From the NCBI RefSeq assembly GCF_033153115.1, contig NW_026889807.1:3224001-3288000 (forward strand): a DNA stretch of 64,000 nucleotides, given 5' to 3'. Both the position numbers and the translations under genes were made by a program. This document shows, in pieces, positions 37,945 through 49,259 of this stretch. A model generated the notes under the pieces. It was given only the letters and a program-made list of their open reading frames with translations, ran no database searches and was not told the DNA's origin. This DNA comes from Saccostrea echinata. Lineage: Eukaryota. Numbering within the stretch: position 1 is the stretch's first letter; each line of letters begins with the position of its first letter.

Positions 37945-38291
37945 ACCATTCGCGGTAGCTCAGTCGGTAGAGCGCTCGCTTCGTGATCGGGAGGTCGTGA
38001 GTTCGAATCTCGGCCACGACTGACCTAAGTCGATAAAAAATGGGTAGCAACTGTTCCTTCGCCATGCGCTCGACACTTTGAAGTGAAAGTTGTAGGTCCT
38101 TCGGACGAGACCTTAAAAACCAAGGTCCCGTGTCACGGCAGGCGTTGGCACGATAAAGATCCCTCACTGCTCAACGGCCCTGAGTGCCGAGCAAAGATCA
38201 AAATTTTTAAGCCCTTCACTGGTTTTTGGTAACGTCTCTATATGAATGAAAAATTCTCAAATGGGACTTAAAACAACATACAATCAATCAA
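37945..38291 (+). mobile_element. full-length young V-type SINE with perfect 13-bp TSD
   Basis: TSD TATTTCCTAAATG at 37932-37944 and 38292-38304; intact A/B boxes; (CAAT)n tail. Confidence 0.95.
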
Positions 38292-38525
38292 TATTTCCTA
38301 AATGTGCATTTCCTTAGTTCACAAAAGCATGTTAGGTTAAAACGTTTTTTTTTTTTTTTTGAGCTACAAATCTTCTAATTACAATAATGAATAATGCATG
38401 GAACATAGAACTGAGAAAGCTAATACGCAAATAAATGTTTGATAATCGTTAAATTTGAAAATACAATGGTACAGTCAAACATTAAATGTTTCATTCACTG
38501 ATATTGATTTTAAAATGCATGTTAC

Positions 38526-40690
38526 CTCGACTTTTCTTTCCATGAGTTTTGCATTTATGCCTATCTTCGGGAAAAGCAATTCTCTCATTAATTTTTTTCC
38601 GGAATATGTCGTCTGTCCCGTATATCGGCCTACATTCGCTTCTGGATGATATTGTATCTTTCATCCATGCCTTATTTTCCTCACAAAAGGAACAAAACTG
38701 GTTTCTGAACGGATAAACAAATGGGTGATTGCTAACGTCAGGTAAAGTCAAGCAGGCCTCTTTGATTTTCACATCTAAGATAATTGAATGATTACAAGCT
38801 TTTATGTCACCGTTTTGATATGAATTACACATTTGACAAAATACGTTTTTAGAACTATCAAAGGGCATAAATGCTTGGGGACTCGAATTTTCACACATCC
38901 ATTTAACAACTCCGTCTCTTTCAGATCGAGGACAATTCCACTTGGAAATTGAAGGTTTTTGATCACATGTGACCAGCTTGGACGTGTCATACGATATATC
39001 GCTCTTTTGAGATTTAGCCTGTTGCATGAGTTGGCTGAAATTCATCGAATAAATGAAATTGAATTGAGTTTCACAAATAATATTGAAGTCGACAATTTTA
39101 TAGTGATCGTGAAATAGACTGCCATCTTCTATCGTGTACTTCGTATTACAAAGAAAACAAAAGATATTTCTGTATGTTATGTTTCTTGACAAGATAAGAA
39201 CATCATAATATTTAGCATTCTCTTCACAAAGCTGTTTAACGTTGTTATACTCAGTTGTTGATATCTTTTTCAAGATATTTTCATAACACTTTGAGACTAC
39301 AAGGACACTTCCATCTTTATGAGTCTTTGAGAACGGAGACATTCGGCCAATGCATTCCACTGGATGCAGCAATGCTGTGTCAATGAAACAAGTGCACTTT
39401 CCAAGAAATAAACAGGAATATGAGCAATCACAAGTTTGCTTTGCAGTGATGTTTCGAACACTCTCTGGTAACAGGTCCTGTCTACAAAGACGCTCAGGGT
39501 AAATTGCTGCTATTGTATTGAAAAGCTGGCCAAGGCTGACATTGTCATATTTTTCCACAGTTTCGAATGGAAAATAAATCTTGTTCATTTGTGAATCTCT
39601 TATCATTTCAAAAATAGAATCACTACTAAAGATTGTGTTAAAAAGCTTCAAGTAGAATTTTTTCTTTCTTCCAGGAATATAATGTTCACTTACAACTGTT
39701 GAAAAGTCCGGAAAATGATAACGAAATACCGCTTGGCAGGCACTTCCATGGCAAAGCTTAGAGTCAGAAATGTTTAAGATCCCTATATTAAAATTACACT
39801 GGAAACAGTAGAAATTTTTATACGGATATGTTATATTTGAAATAGAACTCTGTTGACATTTGAGGACTGTTTCATTGTTTTGTATAGAACAGGAGTCTAT
39901 GACTGGCCCAGGTCTATTCTTTTTTATCAATTTGCACAAATAGCAGAATATATTCTTATGAAGTCTAAATTGATTGACGAAAGAGGATGAACAAGCAATA
40001 TTTAATTCTTCATGATCCGGGCAACTTTGAATGAAATACTCATTTGGATGTAGATATATTGGACGAACAATTTCCTCCATAATAGTTGGGGGCGAATAAA
40101 CAACAGTTGTTTTGTAAGCTTTTGACATGTCTTTCAGTTGTTGATAAGATTCAATGAAGTTGATGAAATTCGGTACTCTTAATAATTCATCTCTCGACAC
40201 CTCCCATTTCACTAAATTTATCTCGTTTTCTCCATGACAAAATGCACAAAAAACATTGCGATACGAATAATTACTAGCAACAGAGCTAACCGGGGCATTA
40301 AAATCAAAATCGTCAGAGACATTTGTACAATTCTGCGTCTCAATTTTCGTGGAATATTCAGGACAGTTCGTGATTATCTCGTACATGGGCATGCCGACGA
40401 ATTCTGATTTCTTTTCCATATGGACATGAGGGGTATCTAATTTGGCCAATGGTCTTTGAAAAAACTTATCAGGACAACAGTCCCAATGTTGAATGCAAGT
40501 TTCCTCACAGGAACATGGCTGACAGCGAGAAAGTATCACGTGAGGATCATAATTTGTCATACCTGGCCAATCAAAACACATGTGTTTCTCTCCACAGGCT
40601 TCCATATAAATGGTCATCAGCCGTGAAATATTGAATCCAGATGTTTGACAGATTAAAAAAAGTTAAACAGAAAGCAGCTGATTCAAGCAT
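38526..40690 (-). CDS. family-B GPCR exon 1: signal peptide plus Cys-rich ectodomain with two somatomedin-B-like domains and six (Y/F)(R/K)NxFCxxC repeats
   Basis: 708-aa ORF 40617-38491; SMB CQPCSCEETCIQHWDCCPD and CDCSYSCLFLGKCTCFID; repeats YRNVFCAFC, HKNIFCYLC, YKNFYCFQC, YRNIFCFLC, SKNVFCQMC, FRNQFCSFC; donor GAG|GTAAC at 38525; ATG at 40690 one base out of frame. Confidence 0.85.
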
Positions 40691-41181
40691 TGTTCTTCTC
40701 TGTAATTTATTTTCACTTTGAAATCTGTAATAATCGTAAAGCATCTTTAACTCACTGTATGCTATATTTCATATGTAATTCCACCCTCTTGTGAAATAAT
40801 AGAATTTCACAAAGTCTTTCATTATTTTAACTTCTTGTCAAATAGAATGCCTTTAAAAAGTGTAATTAAAAATATTGTTTAAATTCTTTTTTTTAATAAT
40901 CTACTATAACCAATTCCTTTTTTAAAAAAATATCATAAGGGTTATAACTCTGACACTGTTCAATGTATCTTTATTCATGCATTCTCTTTATTATTCTTTT
41001 ATTGTGAACTGGCTCCCCTGATATAAAAAGTTGACGAATACCTAACTTAAAAAGTTATTATTATTTGGAACTTAATTACAAAGATAATTTTATTCAAATC
41101 AGTTTTCAAGATTTCTTTTATAATGTTTTTCATGAAAAATGATATATTACACAGAACAGAGCCTTGCTTAAGGATTAATGG

Positions 41182-41331
41182 AATCATTCATTACTACGAG
41201 TGTGGGATAGTGAAATTCCACCGAGGGTCCAAGATTCAGGGTCTAGAACGAGGCTTTGCCGAGTCCTAGACCGTGAATCTTGGTCCCGAGGTGGAATTTC
41301 ATTATCCCATAAGAGTATGTGATGAATGATT
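41182..41331. repeat. ~150-bp near-perfect palindrome, probable terminal hairpin of the adjacent Crypton
   Basis: AATCATTCATTAC..TGGGATAGTGAAATTCCACC..CCAAGATTCA..GGTCTAG / CTAGACC..TGAATCTTGG..GGTGGAATTTCATTATCCCA..GTGATGAATGATT. Confidence 0.85.
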
Positions 41332-41804
41332 ATTTTTCACGAATTATTTTATCGAACATAACGACCATTAAAAAAAATATTTTTTTTTATTTTGTATTTA
41401 ATAAAAAAATCTGAATACACCATCAAAGAGATCGTACCTGAAAATGGTTTACACGTAATGTGTAAACTCAGAAAATAAATTTCAAATCACTTAAATCATT
41501 CTGAATGACATAAACTGGAATTTAAAAAAAAATATATATATCCGATAGCGTATACAATTCATTTCAGAAGAATCCTTCCGCGACCTACAGATAGTGCTAT
41601 TTAAAAAAGTGAAAACACAACAATCTTTTGAATGAAAATAAATTTGAATTAATAAATTTAACAACAATATTTTTAGTATATGTGATATTTATTATTAGAC
41701 ATTATTACAAATTTTATATCAGAAGCAAAGTTTACGTTCGAAATGGGTCATTTACATAAAATGACCTACATATGCATTATATGTGAAGCATGTTTTAGCT
41801 TAGC

Positions 41805-42810
41805 CTAGTCCGAGTCGGAGTCAAACACACAAACTCGTTTTCTGGGTTGATAGGTGTTGTTTGTGATATTAAATGTTACATTTCCATGAATTTGTGACCC
41901 GCTAAATATTGATCCCATAGACGTTGATGTCGAGCGCTGCATATTAACTTGGTTGTTCTGTGTTTCAATGGCGGTATTATCCGACGTCGAAGAACGGCTA
42001 CATGTAAGCGTGTGTCTCTGTAGAGCTCGGTAGGGCTCTTGTTGATGATGATGTTTCAAAACGAGAATTGTTTTGTGTACAAGCATTTGAGAATGGAACT
42101 AATGAGGATACATTGCCGGAGGAATTTGATAAAATGCTGCTTACTGCGTATTTCTGTGAGTCGTTTATTGTGCGGTAGTTATCCAATGGCTGAATGTTTT
42201 TTGTGACCTGTTACATACATTTGTAATGTGTCAGGGACATTCGAATCCGTCATGCTTTGGATGAGAGTTTTACGGACACTTGTGTTGGTGATTTTACTTT
42301 ATGTCAGGTAGGCTAGTATTCTTTTCATAGGTCATTGAGTTTGTTGACGCCCATAGGGCTACAGATGAACCATCCATCCTGCATTCTAGGACGTTTTCCG
42401 TTAGTAACGACTGAAATATAAAAGGGGTCCTCATGTTTTGAATGTTTATCTCTATACAAAATATAGGTTGATACGGGGCATTTTTCAGGGTTGGCAGGGG
42501 TTGCATACACGCCCGGCTATCAGTGACATCCACGCCAGTTCTAGTCCTCGTGGTCCTTTCATGGTACTCTAAGTAGTCGAGTTGAAGTGCCTCATCCCTC
42601 TTTAGGACTACTTCCCACCACCTCATGTTACGGTTTTCAGTCCCCCTTCGCATACCAAAATACAATGTGATGTGAAAACCAAAGCGTGCTTATCAAAGGG
42701 GTTGGTGTAGCTTTTCCAAGTTGTTCAGTCTTGTAAGGGTTTCAATTTCATCAGGTGTTAAAGAGTCGGACCTTTGGGGTTTATTTCCACTCCCCTTTAA
42801 TTTCAAAATA
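41805..42810 (-). mobile_element. degenerate Crypton (DUF3504 / tyrosine recombinase) transposon coding remnant
   Basis: Fragments in shifting frames: KGSGNKPQRSDSLTPDEI, YFGMRRGTENRNMRW, YHERTTRTRTG, MYATPANPEKCPV, WFICSPMGVNKL, ITNTSVRKT, VTGHK, LDNY; multiple frameshifts; 5' truncated. Confidence 0.88.
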
Positions 42811-42946
42811 CTCGCGTAAAATGTTCAAATGGCCCATTGTTTTTCGTGAGGTATTTGAGATTTCATTTGCCTCAATAAAAGTACTGTGGAATCATCATTG
42901 TTTGTAGGGGATCAATGTTCGTGGATTTCGTAGGTAATCCTTACCT

Positions 42947-43030
42947 GGGAAATATCCAGTCGACATATGAATGGAAGTAGGTATTGTTAATTGATAATAC
43001 GTCGTCGATATATCGATATATCTAAATGTT
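42947..43030 (-). mobile_element. short Penelope-like RT fragment (YIDD motif)
   Basis: Minus strand encodes RYIDDVLSINNTYFHSYVDWI, homologous to ~49475-49545; longer paralog at 58630-58805. Confidence 0.7.
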
Positions 43031-44924
43031 GAGAGGGCTCACATAAAATATACGGTGTTTACATTATGTAGCAGTTTTAGCTACGAATACAATTAAAATA
43101 AATTATGCACTTATTTACCGTTAACTTCTCTATTCTTTGCAAAATAACGTCCACATTTCTTTCGACGCAGCAAAATAAATGAAGTTATACTGAATCAATG
43201 TTACAAAGAATTCACAAAGACTTCTAAATAAACGTTCAAAAATAGATGTCCCTGATATTCTTTTGATTTATTTGATAACCTGTGAAATACACCCGACTGT
43301 CACCGTAAGCCTAACAATTATTGCCGAGCCATGTGACTCCGTTTACAGTGTTGTGTCTATCATAAAGCTTTTAAGAAAGACCAGAATTTATAATGACTTA
43401 AACTGATATTTGATCAGATATTCATTTTTATCTTTTTCGATTTCAGCCAAGGACTGCTTACCGGAGAAAATTTAAAGAAACAGACAAATGATCATTTAAT
43501 TTTATCATAGACAATGTTATTATTTAGCCATAGAGCATATATTATAGATAGAAAAAAAAGTGTAAAACTAATATTATTAGATTTTGACAATAAAATTTCT
43601 ATTGTTCAAATATCGATCGAATTAAAAATCAATATTTTTTTCAGTACTCTGGTAGGTAATTACAAAACCATATTGTTTTTATTTGTTGAACTTATTTGTA
43701 CTAGGTGGAAAACGAAATTTTTGTTTCGGGGGTGGTTGGTGAAATTCCGTCTTTCACTGATTGCTATAATGAAAAATGATATTTTTTATCACACGCATAC
43801 ATTAACATCTCCTAAATTTGCCAAATATTTTATATTTTAGGGAAAAGAAAATAAATACGTGCTTCGAAATAATTCAAATATTAAGATTTGAAAATAGATT
43901 TGAAGGTATGTTGAAACAAAAGTATATACACATTAATAAAACGTGCACCAATCCGTACATGTGAATATCAAACAAAGTACATATATTCCCATGTTTTATA
44001 AATGTAACTTGTATGCAATTTCTATATAGAATTTTCATGGGGATTAAAGACACGGAAATCCAATAAGGAAAAAATCTACTTTGTTTATTGATATTTCGGC
44101 GATGATCATTAAAATTTTAATTTTAGGATTTCCATTTTTCAATTTTACATAATTATGCCTAATCGTAATTAACCACAACTTACCACGAATGTAAAATGTT
44201 AAAAGAAAGCAGCTCAGGGGTGAAATCCAAATTGATGCATCTAGCAGTAATTTTCTCTCTTCTGTGTGAAATAGTGTTTTTTTTTTCTTTTATGTATGAT
44301 AGTTGTTAGACTATTGATTCTTATGTGACCATTCTTTCAGACATTTCTGTCATTCTTTTTAGACTCGGCATCTAAAACTTTCGCGTCTGGGTATAAGACG
44401 AATGGTTTTTGTTTTTCCCCTTTGGATTTTTTTCTTACAATCTGCGAAAATTTTCTAGGAAGAAACAAATCTCTACTAAATCAAATGAGTAATCAAATAA
44501 TCATATTGTTTACCTGACAATGCTACTATTCTACAGTATTTCGATGAAAATTCAAATTTCATTTTCTTATGTGTATTTTGCATTTATTATTTTCCATTTT
44601 CCGTGTTACGCATTACCTGAATTGAGAAAATATTCATAAATGTTTTTGTGCTCTTTGGTTCATGTACTTGTAAATTTCATGGAATTTTATGAAACGATTT
44701 TATTGATGCAGAATTCGTATCTATGAGTAAAAAGTCTTGCAGCTAAATTAGGGGGAAAAACGAGGAACTCATACTGCAGAAACATTGCATCGATTATCAA
44801 AGTAGGGGGATGATGCAGAAGCAAGAAATAGTGCTAGAAAATTTTTATCATTTAGAAAGACAAATTAAATGAAATAATAATCTTCATACACAAGTAATAT
44901 TAAAAGTTCTCTTGAACAAGTGTT

Positions 44925-45160
44925 TGAAATATGGAGACAAAGAATAGTATTCAGGGTCATTAGTCCTTTCAAGCAATACAAATCAGGAATAGAGCAAACA
45001 GGGACATCTAAAACATCAGAGGTGGGGATCAGGTGCCAAAGAGGATTAAGCATCCTCTGCCGACCGGTCACAGCTGCCGTGTGCTCCTTGTCATGATCTG
45101 GAAAAGTGGGGAAAAATCCCTAGAAAATTCAGTGTGTAAATAATTGTCTGACAATTAGTA
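44925..45160 (-). mobile_element. 3' end of Penelope-like retroelement
   Basis: Reverse complement GAGCACACGGCAGCTGTGACCGGTCGGCAGAGGATGC...GGCACCTGATCCCCACCTCTG...TGAATACTATTCTTTGTCTCCATATTTCA. Confidence 0.75.
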
Positions 45161-46149
45161 TTGTTGTGATGTGTGGTGTAATTGAAAATGTTGGTATTGT
45201 TTCATCATGTATATATAAAGTAACATAAAGAAATTTCTGCAACATTCCAGAGTGGTCAACACGTATGGTCATTTTTTCAAGAACATGCTTGAATTTCGTT
45301 TATGTCCAGAAATGTTCCAATAACTTCATGTATTTACAATTTCTAGAATTTTCTAGATTTATATTAATGTATAAATACACTGTCAATTGTATACATGGGT
45401 AAGACTGGCGTACAGGAAGACTGGCGTAAGGGGTACAAAGAGACTGGGATCGGATACTCTCACTGGGGCATTGTGTGTAGTAACGGACACTCTCTTGTAC
45501 ATGTATGAAGGTTTGGTACATATTACATGCGTTTATCACTTGACTGTCAAATAACGTGACCAAACCAAATTCAGTAAAGAGCGGAGTATACAATGTTATT
45601 TCAATAAATATTAGAGTCATGTGATAGTATAGTAGCTTTACAAAAATAAATTCAGTTTAAAAAAGTATGTATTTATGCACGTTTATATCCCGTTGATTTC
45701 TTCGTAATACTTCTTAACAGTGCTGCGTAACGCAAAGTACTTCAAGAAACCGAGAACAGTTGCAATGCAAAGACCAAAAATCAACGCATTTTGATAAAGA
45801 AAGGGTTTACCTTTATTTAATTTAACCGGTTAACTTGCAAACTAAAAATGAATAAATTTACACATTACCATATCAGTCAAATTAATGAATAAAATTGATA
45901 AAATTAATTTTGGATTGTTACTTCAACTTAGTGAAGAAAAATTCTACAAAATGCTACTTTTATGGAAAAAAGATATTTAACGTGAAAACCCCTAATGACA
46001 TTTTTCAAGATAGAATAAAGCTCTTATTAGAAGTTTGTGGGAGATATGGCATTTTCTTTCAATCCAATTTTGCATCTTTGATAAGATAGAAATTCCCTCA
46101 TCAGGTTTATCATTTCCTTTTGATAAGCAAAAAAGCTGAGAGAAGACGT

Positions 46150-46275
46150 TGACTGTACATTTCTCTCCAGAATATCCGGGTTAACAAAAACCGGTCACGT
46201 GATAACACGGTTTGTAACCTTTACAATAACTACACTGTTCTTGACATCCTTAGCCATACCAGCCAGCATTGCACG
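46150..46275 (-). pseudogene. MEGF10/SREC-type EGF-like repeat pseudo-exon
   Basis: TTTTTCAG acceptor at 46276, then CNAGWYG*GCQEQCSYCKGYKPCYHVTGFC*PGYSGEKCT: two in-frame TAA stops and a short deletion. Confidence 0.8.
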
Positions 46276-46310
46276 CTGAAAAAGTGAAAACATAAATTAA
46301 TTAATATATA

Positions 46311-46511
46311 CTGTAAGCGTATTACATTTGGCTGTGTATTCTTTTTAGCGGCTTTGGCGGAAGGCAGCAACCGCTAAATCAGGTACAAAGCTAAATGTCT
46401 TGTACACATACAGATAAATAAGGATATGAAGAAATGCGCTAAATCAAATCTACCTGTTAAAAAATCGATTTCCTCCAAATATCTTACACGCTAAATATAA
46501 TACATTTACAG
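46311..46511. mobile_element. Tc1/mariner-type MITE (TA TSD)
   Basis: TA|CTGTAAGCGTATTACATTTGGC matches reverse complement of GCTAAATATAATACATTTACAG|TA. Confidence 0.8.
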
Positions 46512-46731
46512 TAAACATTTCAGTTTTAGGAAACAGCCTTTACGCTACTATATCAAATCATACCAATATACCGCCTTACTGAGTGATGAAGAAGTTGGAC
46601 AGTTTTTTTTTGTCCTTCGAGTAGATAGCTAGTCCTGTATTCAATGATTTCTCAAAAAAAATATCGTAAAGAAATATCTGCTTCAATCTACATGAATTCT
46701 AGAGCAAGTTGTATTTTCAAATTCCATTTAC

Positions 46732-46825
46732 TTTTGTTACAAAATGGACCTTCAAATCCCGCAGCACATCCATTTAAACATGTCCTATTTATTGGATGAC
46801 ATTGAGCTGCTTCAATGCAGCGCAA
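46732..46825 (-). pseudogene. 5'-truncated MEGF10/SREC-type EGF-like exon
   Basis: RCIEAAQCHPINRTCLNGCAAGFEGPFCNK followed by a phase-1 donor A|GTAAAT, compatible with the phase-1 acceptor at 46276; first half of the repeat is missing. Confidence 0.75.
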
Positions 46826-48220
46826 AACATCGGAAGCTACAACTCTCTCAATAAAATCCTTCATCACATTCTGAATTTTTCTTTTATCAGGAATATTAGT
46901 CAAAAGAGAAAATAGTCTTTTATGCATCAGTTTGCAATTACAAGAAATCCATTGAATTGTTTAAGTTAAAATGAATCTCACATTTTTTTTTCTTAAAAGC
47001 AAGACCAGCTGACAAATTCAAACAGTCCTCACAGACTGAAGTGAACATATAAAGAAATCAAACTATTATCCAGCGCCTTCGGAGTGAATAGATAAAGATA
47101 CAGATTGCCCTCATACAAAACTAACAATTTGCATCGAAAATATTAAATTTAAAAGGAAAAAATATATATATATTAATTCTTTTTGAATTACATGTAAAGT
47201 CAGTAATATAGGGGTTTTAAATCATACCTGTGCTACTTCATAATATGAGATATGGAATGGTACGAACAAGACACATATATTTGTAAAAATATCTAATTAA
47301 TTGATTTCAATAGATCGCGGCTAGGTTAAGGATACACTTTATTGTCAAACTAAATTGATAATGTGCAGATTTTATATATAGCTGTAAGAAGCACATTTGT
47401 ACAGTAACGTGCTATAATGAGTTGTCAAGCCCCTCGAAAATATAAAAAAAAAAATAACAATATCCAATTTACTACAAATTCAGAATTTTTAAACACGTGT
47501 AACTAGTATTCCTACCATTCTGAAAAGTGCTGGGAGCTAGTCGTGCATTGATTACTTATTATGTAATGAAACATTATACCAGTGTATATTACATCTAATG
47601 TCTGGAGTTCATAGAAAGACGGCTAAATTTTACACAATACCCAAGCATGAGAAAGTTGCTCCCAGCTATTCTGATGTATAGGAATTTGTCTCAAACAAAT
47701 GTGATACACGTGTATCGCTGAACTTTTATGATTTTTGTAGTTGTACATATACGTTCTAATTTTAAACCTGTCACGTAACAAACAGCTGATGCAAGTAATG
47801 CCGCTTTGGCCGAACTCAGCAGAGACCCGATATATACAAGCACAAATACCACAATTCACATTCATGAAAACTATTGTTGTTAAAAAATTTTAGATTGTAT
47901 TTATTTTCTCTGAATATATTAAGGCGAATATTTCAGTGGATTCCCTAACATAGCTGCGATTTTACCTCAACTTCAAAAATTGCCACGGATTCATATACCT
48001 AAAGAATTTTTATTAATTTTAAGGAATACCGTCTTCATGGAAAACCTTACGGTAATTTGCATTCACCTTCTATGTTGGTAAATGCAGAAATTTGAAAACC
48101 TGCATATTTATCTTGGAAGTAATAGAGTTGAACACCAAACACTCAGTGTTGAATCATCATTTGTCATGAACTATATTCCTAAATACAGATCCTAAATACG
48201 TTTCTAGCCTTCAAATTCTA

Positions 48221-48318
48221 AGAACGTGTGGAAATCAGCCATCTTTCTCAGATAGTACAGTACCGTACCACTGTCTTAAGTACTGTTTAAGAAAGACAGT
48301 TGATTTTCACACGTTCTG
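48221..48318. repeat. ~98-bp imperfect palindrome
   Basis: AGAACGTGTGGAAATCAGCCATCTTTCT..AGTAC pairs with GTACT..AGAAAGACAGTTGATTTTCACACGTTCT. Confidence 0.8.
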
Positions 48319-49259
48319 ATGTGTGTGATATGTATCCTCTCAAACGGCAAAAATGAGAACTTTCAATCAAAGCTGAAAGACAACTTACAGTAATTATTTG
48401 ATCACTTAAGGGAAGGTACGGTTATAGGTACGGTGAAATCTCAAACATCGATTTCTCGAATACAATATATCGAAGTGAATTGGAAGCCCCTTTCAATTTT
48501 CAATATGTATTTTATCCCATTATCTAGAGCTTTCGAATATCTTGAAGTTTTCAGTGACATCTAAGCTATCATCAACTTTCCATCAGACAGAACATTCAGT
48601 GGCTTTTCATGCCTATCCAATTGATCATTAACCGTTCAAAAATCTTTCAGTGGTCATTTAAAAATCATTTACTTATTCTTACTTATTCTTTACTATTATT
48701 TAGGTAATAAAATTTTAAAAAATTCTCCGACAGTTTAATAATTCTCGCTTCTTTAGTAAATTGCTTATAATTATTTAATTTTTAACTTCATTTTTTTCTT
48801 CTAATTTGTTTTATTAAAATGTACATATCTGAATTATTACTTTTCGATAAGATCAGTAATGCTTACCATTCAAATCATGCAAGAAAAGTAAAAGCAATGT
48901 CTCATCAATAACATAAACAAAATCTTTCACAGTTTACAAACACTTGTCCTTTTAATTTACAAAAATAACTCTTTCAATTGGCACAACGCCCTGTGTTCAA
49001 AGAAAGATAATCCATTTATATTTATCGAAATTGAAACGTACGGATATAATGCTTTATGTACAACAATGATTTTTTTAAAAAGAAACTTTCTTCTATGATA
49101 CCAATGCTCCTTCCAAACGGCATTTTCTTCATTTTCTTCATTTGACAGCTGCTTTTTCAATAAAAATGGAAATTTACCTTGTCTCTCGTTAATTGCAATA
49201 TTATTTTGTTAAAACATTCTGATTGTACACACAAGTACTCTTAAGTTTATATTTCAAAG

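Larger units (their letters stand above)
31186..40690 (-). pseudogene. SMB-domain family-B GPCR gene, ~1250 aa when three single-base insertions are removed (pseudogene or indel assembly errors)
   Basis: Removing one base each at A7 40655-40661, T7 38592-38598 and ~31332-31338 restores the signal peptide, the exon1/exon2 splice phase and TM7. Exon lengths 2165-2 and 1591-1 are both multiples of 3. Confidence 0.7.
42947..45510 (+). repeat. segmental duplication unit B, copy 1 (paralog 58728-59102 + 62616-63925; older partial copy ~57145-58165)
   Basis: Colinear match from TGGGA.ATATCCAGTCGACATATGAATGGA to TTGTACATGTATG; copy 1 has ~0.9 kb extra (~44335-45222). Confidence 0.92.

Noticed and set aside
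37945-38016. tRNA gene (intact A/B boxes, CGT-like anticodon)
   Set aside because: It is the head of a SINE with body, tail and TSD, repeated several times in the window; the acceptor stem is not properly paired.
31186-40690. Programmed frameshifting or transcriptional slippage as the way to express the GPCR
   Set aside because: Would need three independent events at short runs with no stimulatory structures; pseudogenisation or assembly error is simpler.
43514-43840. ORF apparently conserved with 62831-63094
   Set aside because: Paralogs differ by frame-changing indels; no recognisable protein.
48863-48935. Possible minus-strand first exon of the MEGF-like pseudogene (GTAAGC donor)
   Set aside because: No in-frame ATG with a convincing signal peptide; unsupported.
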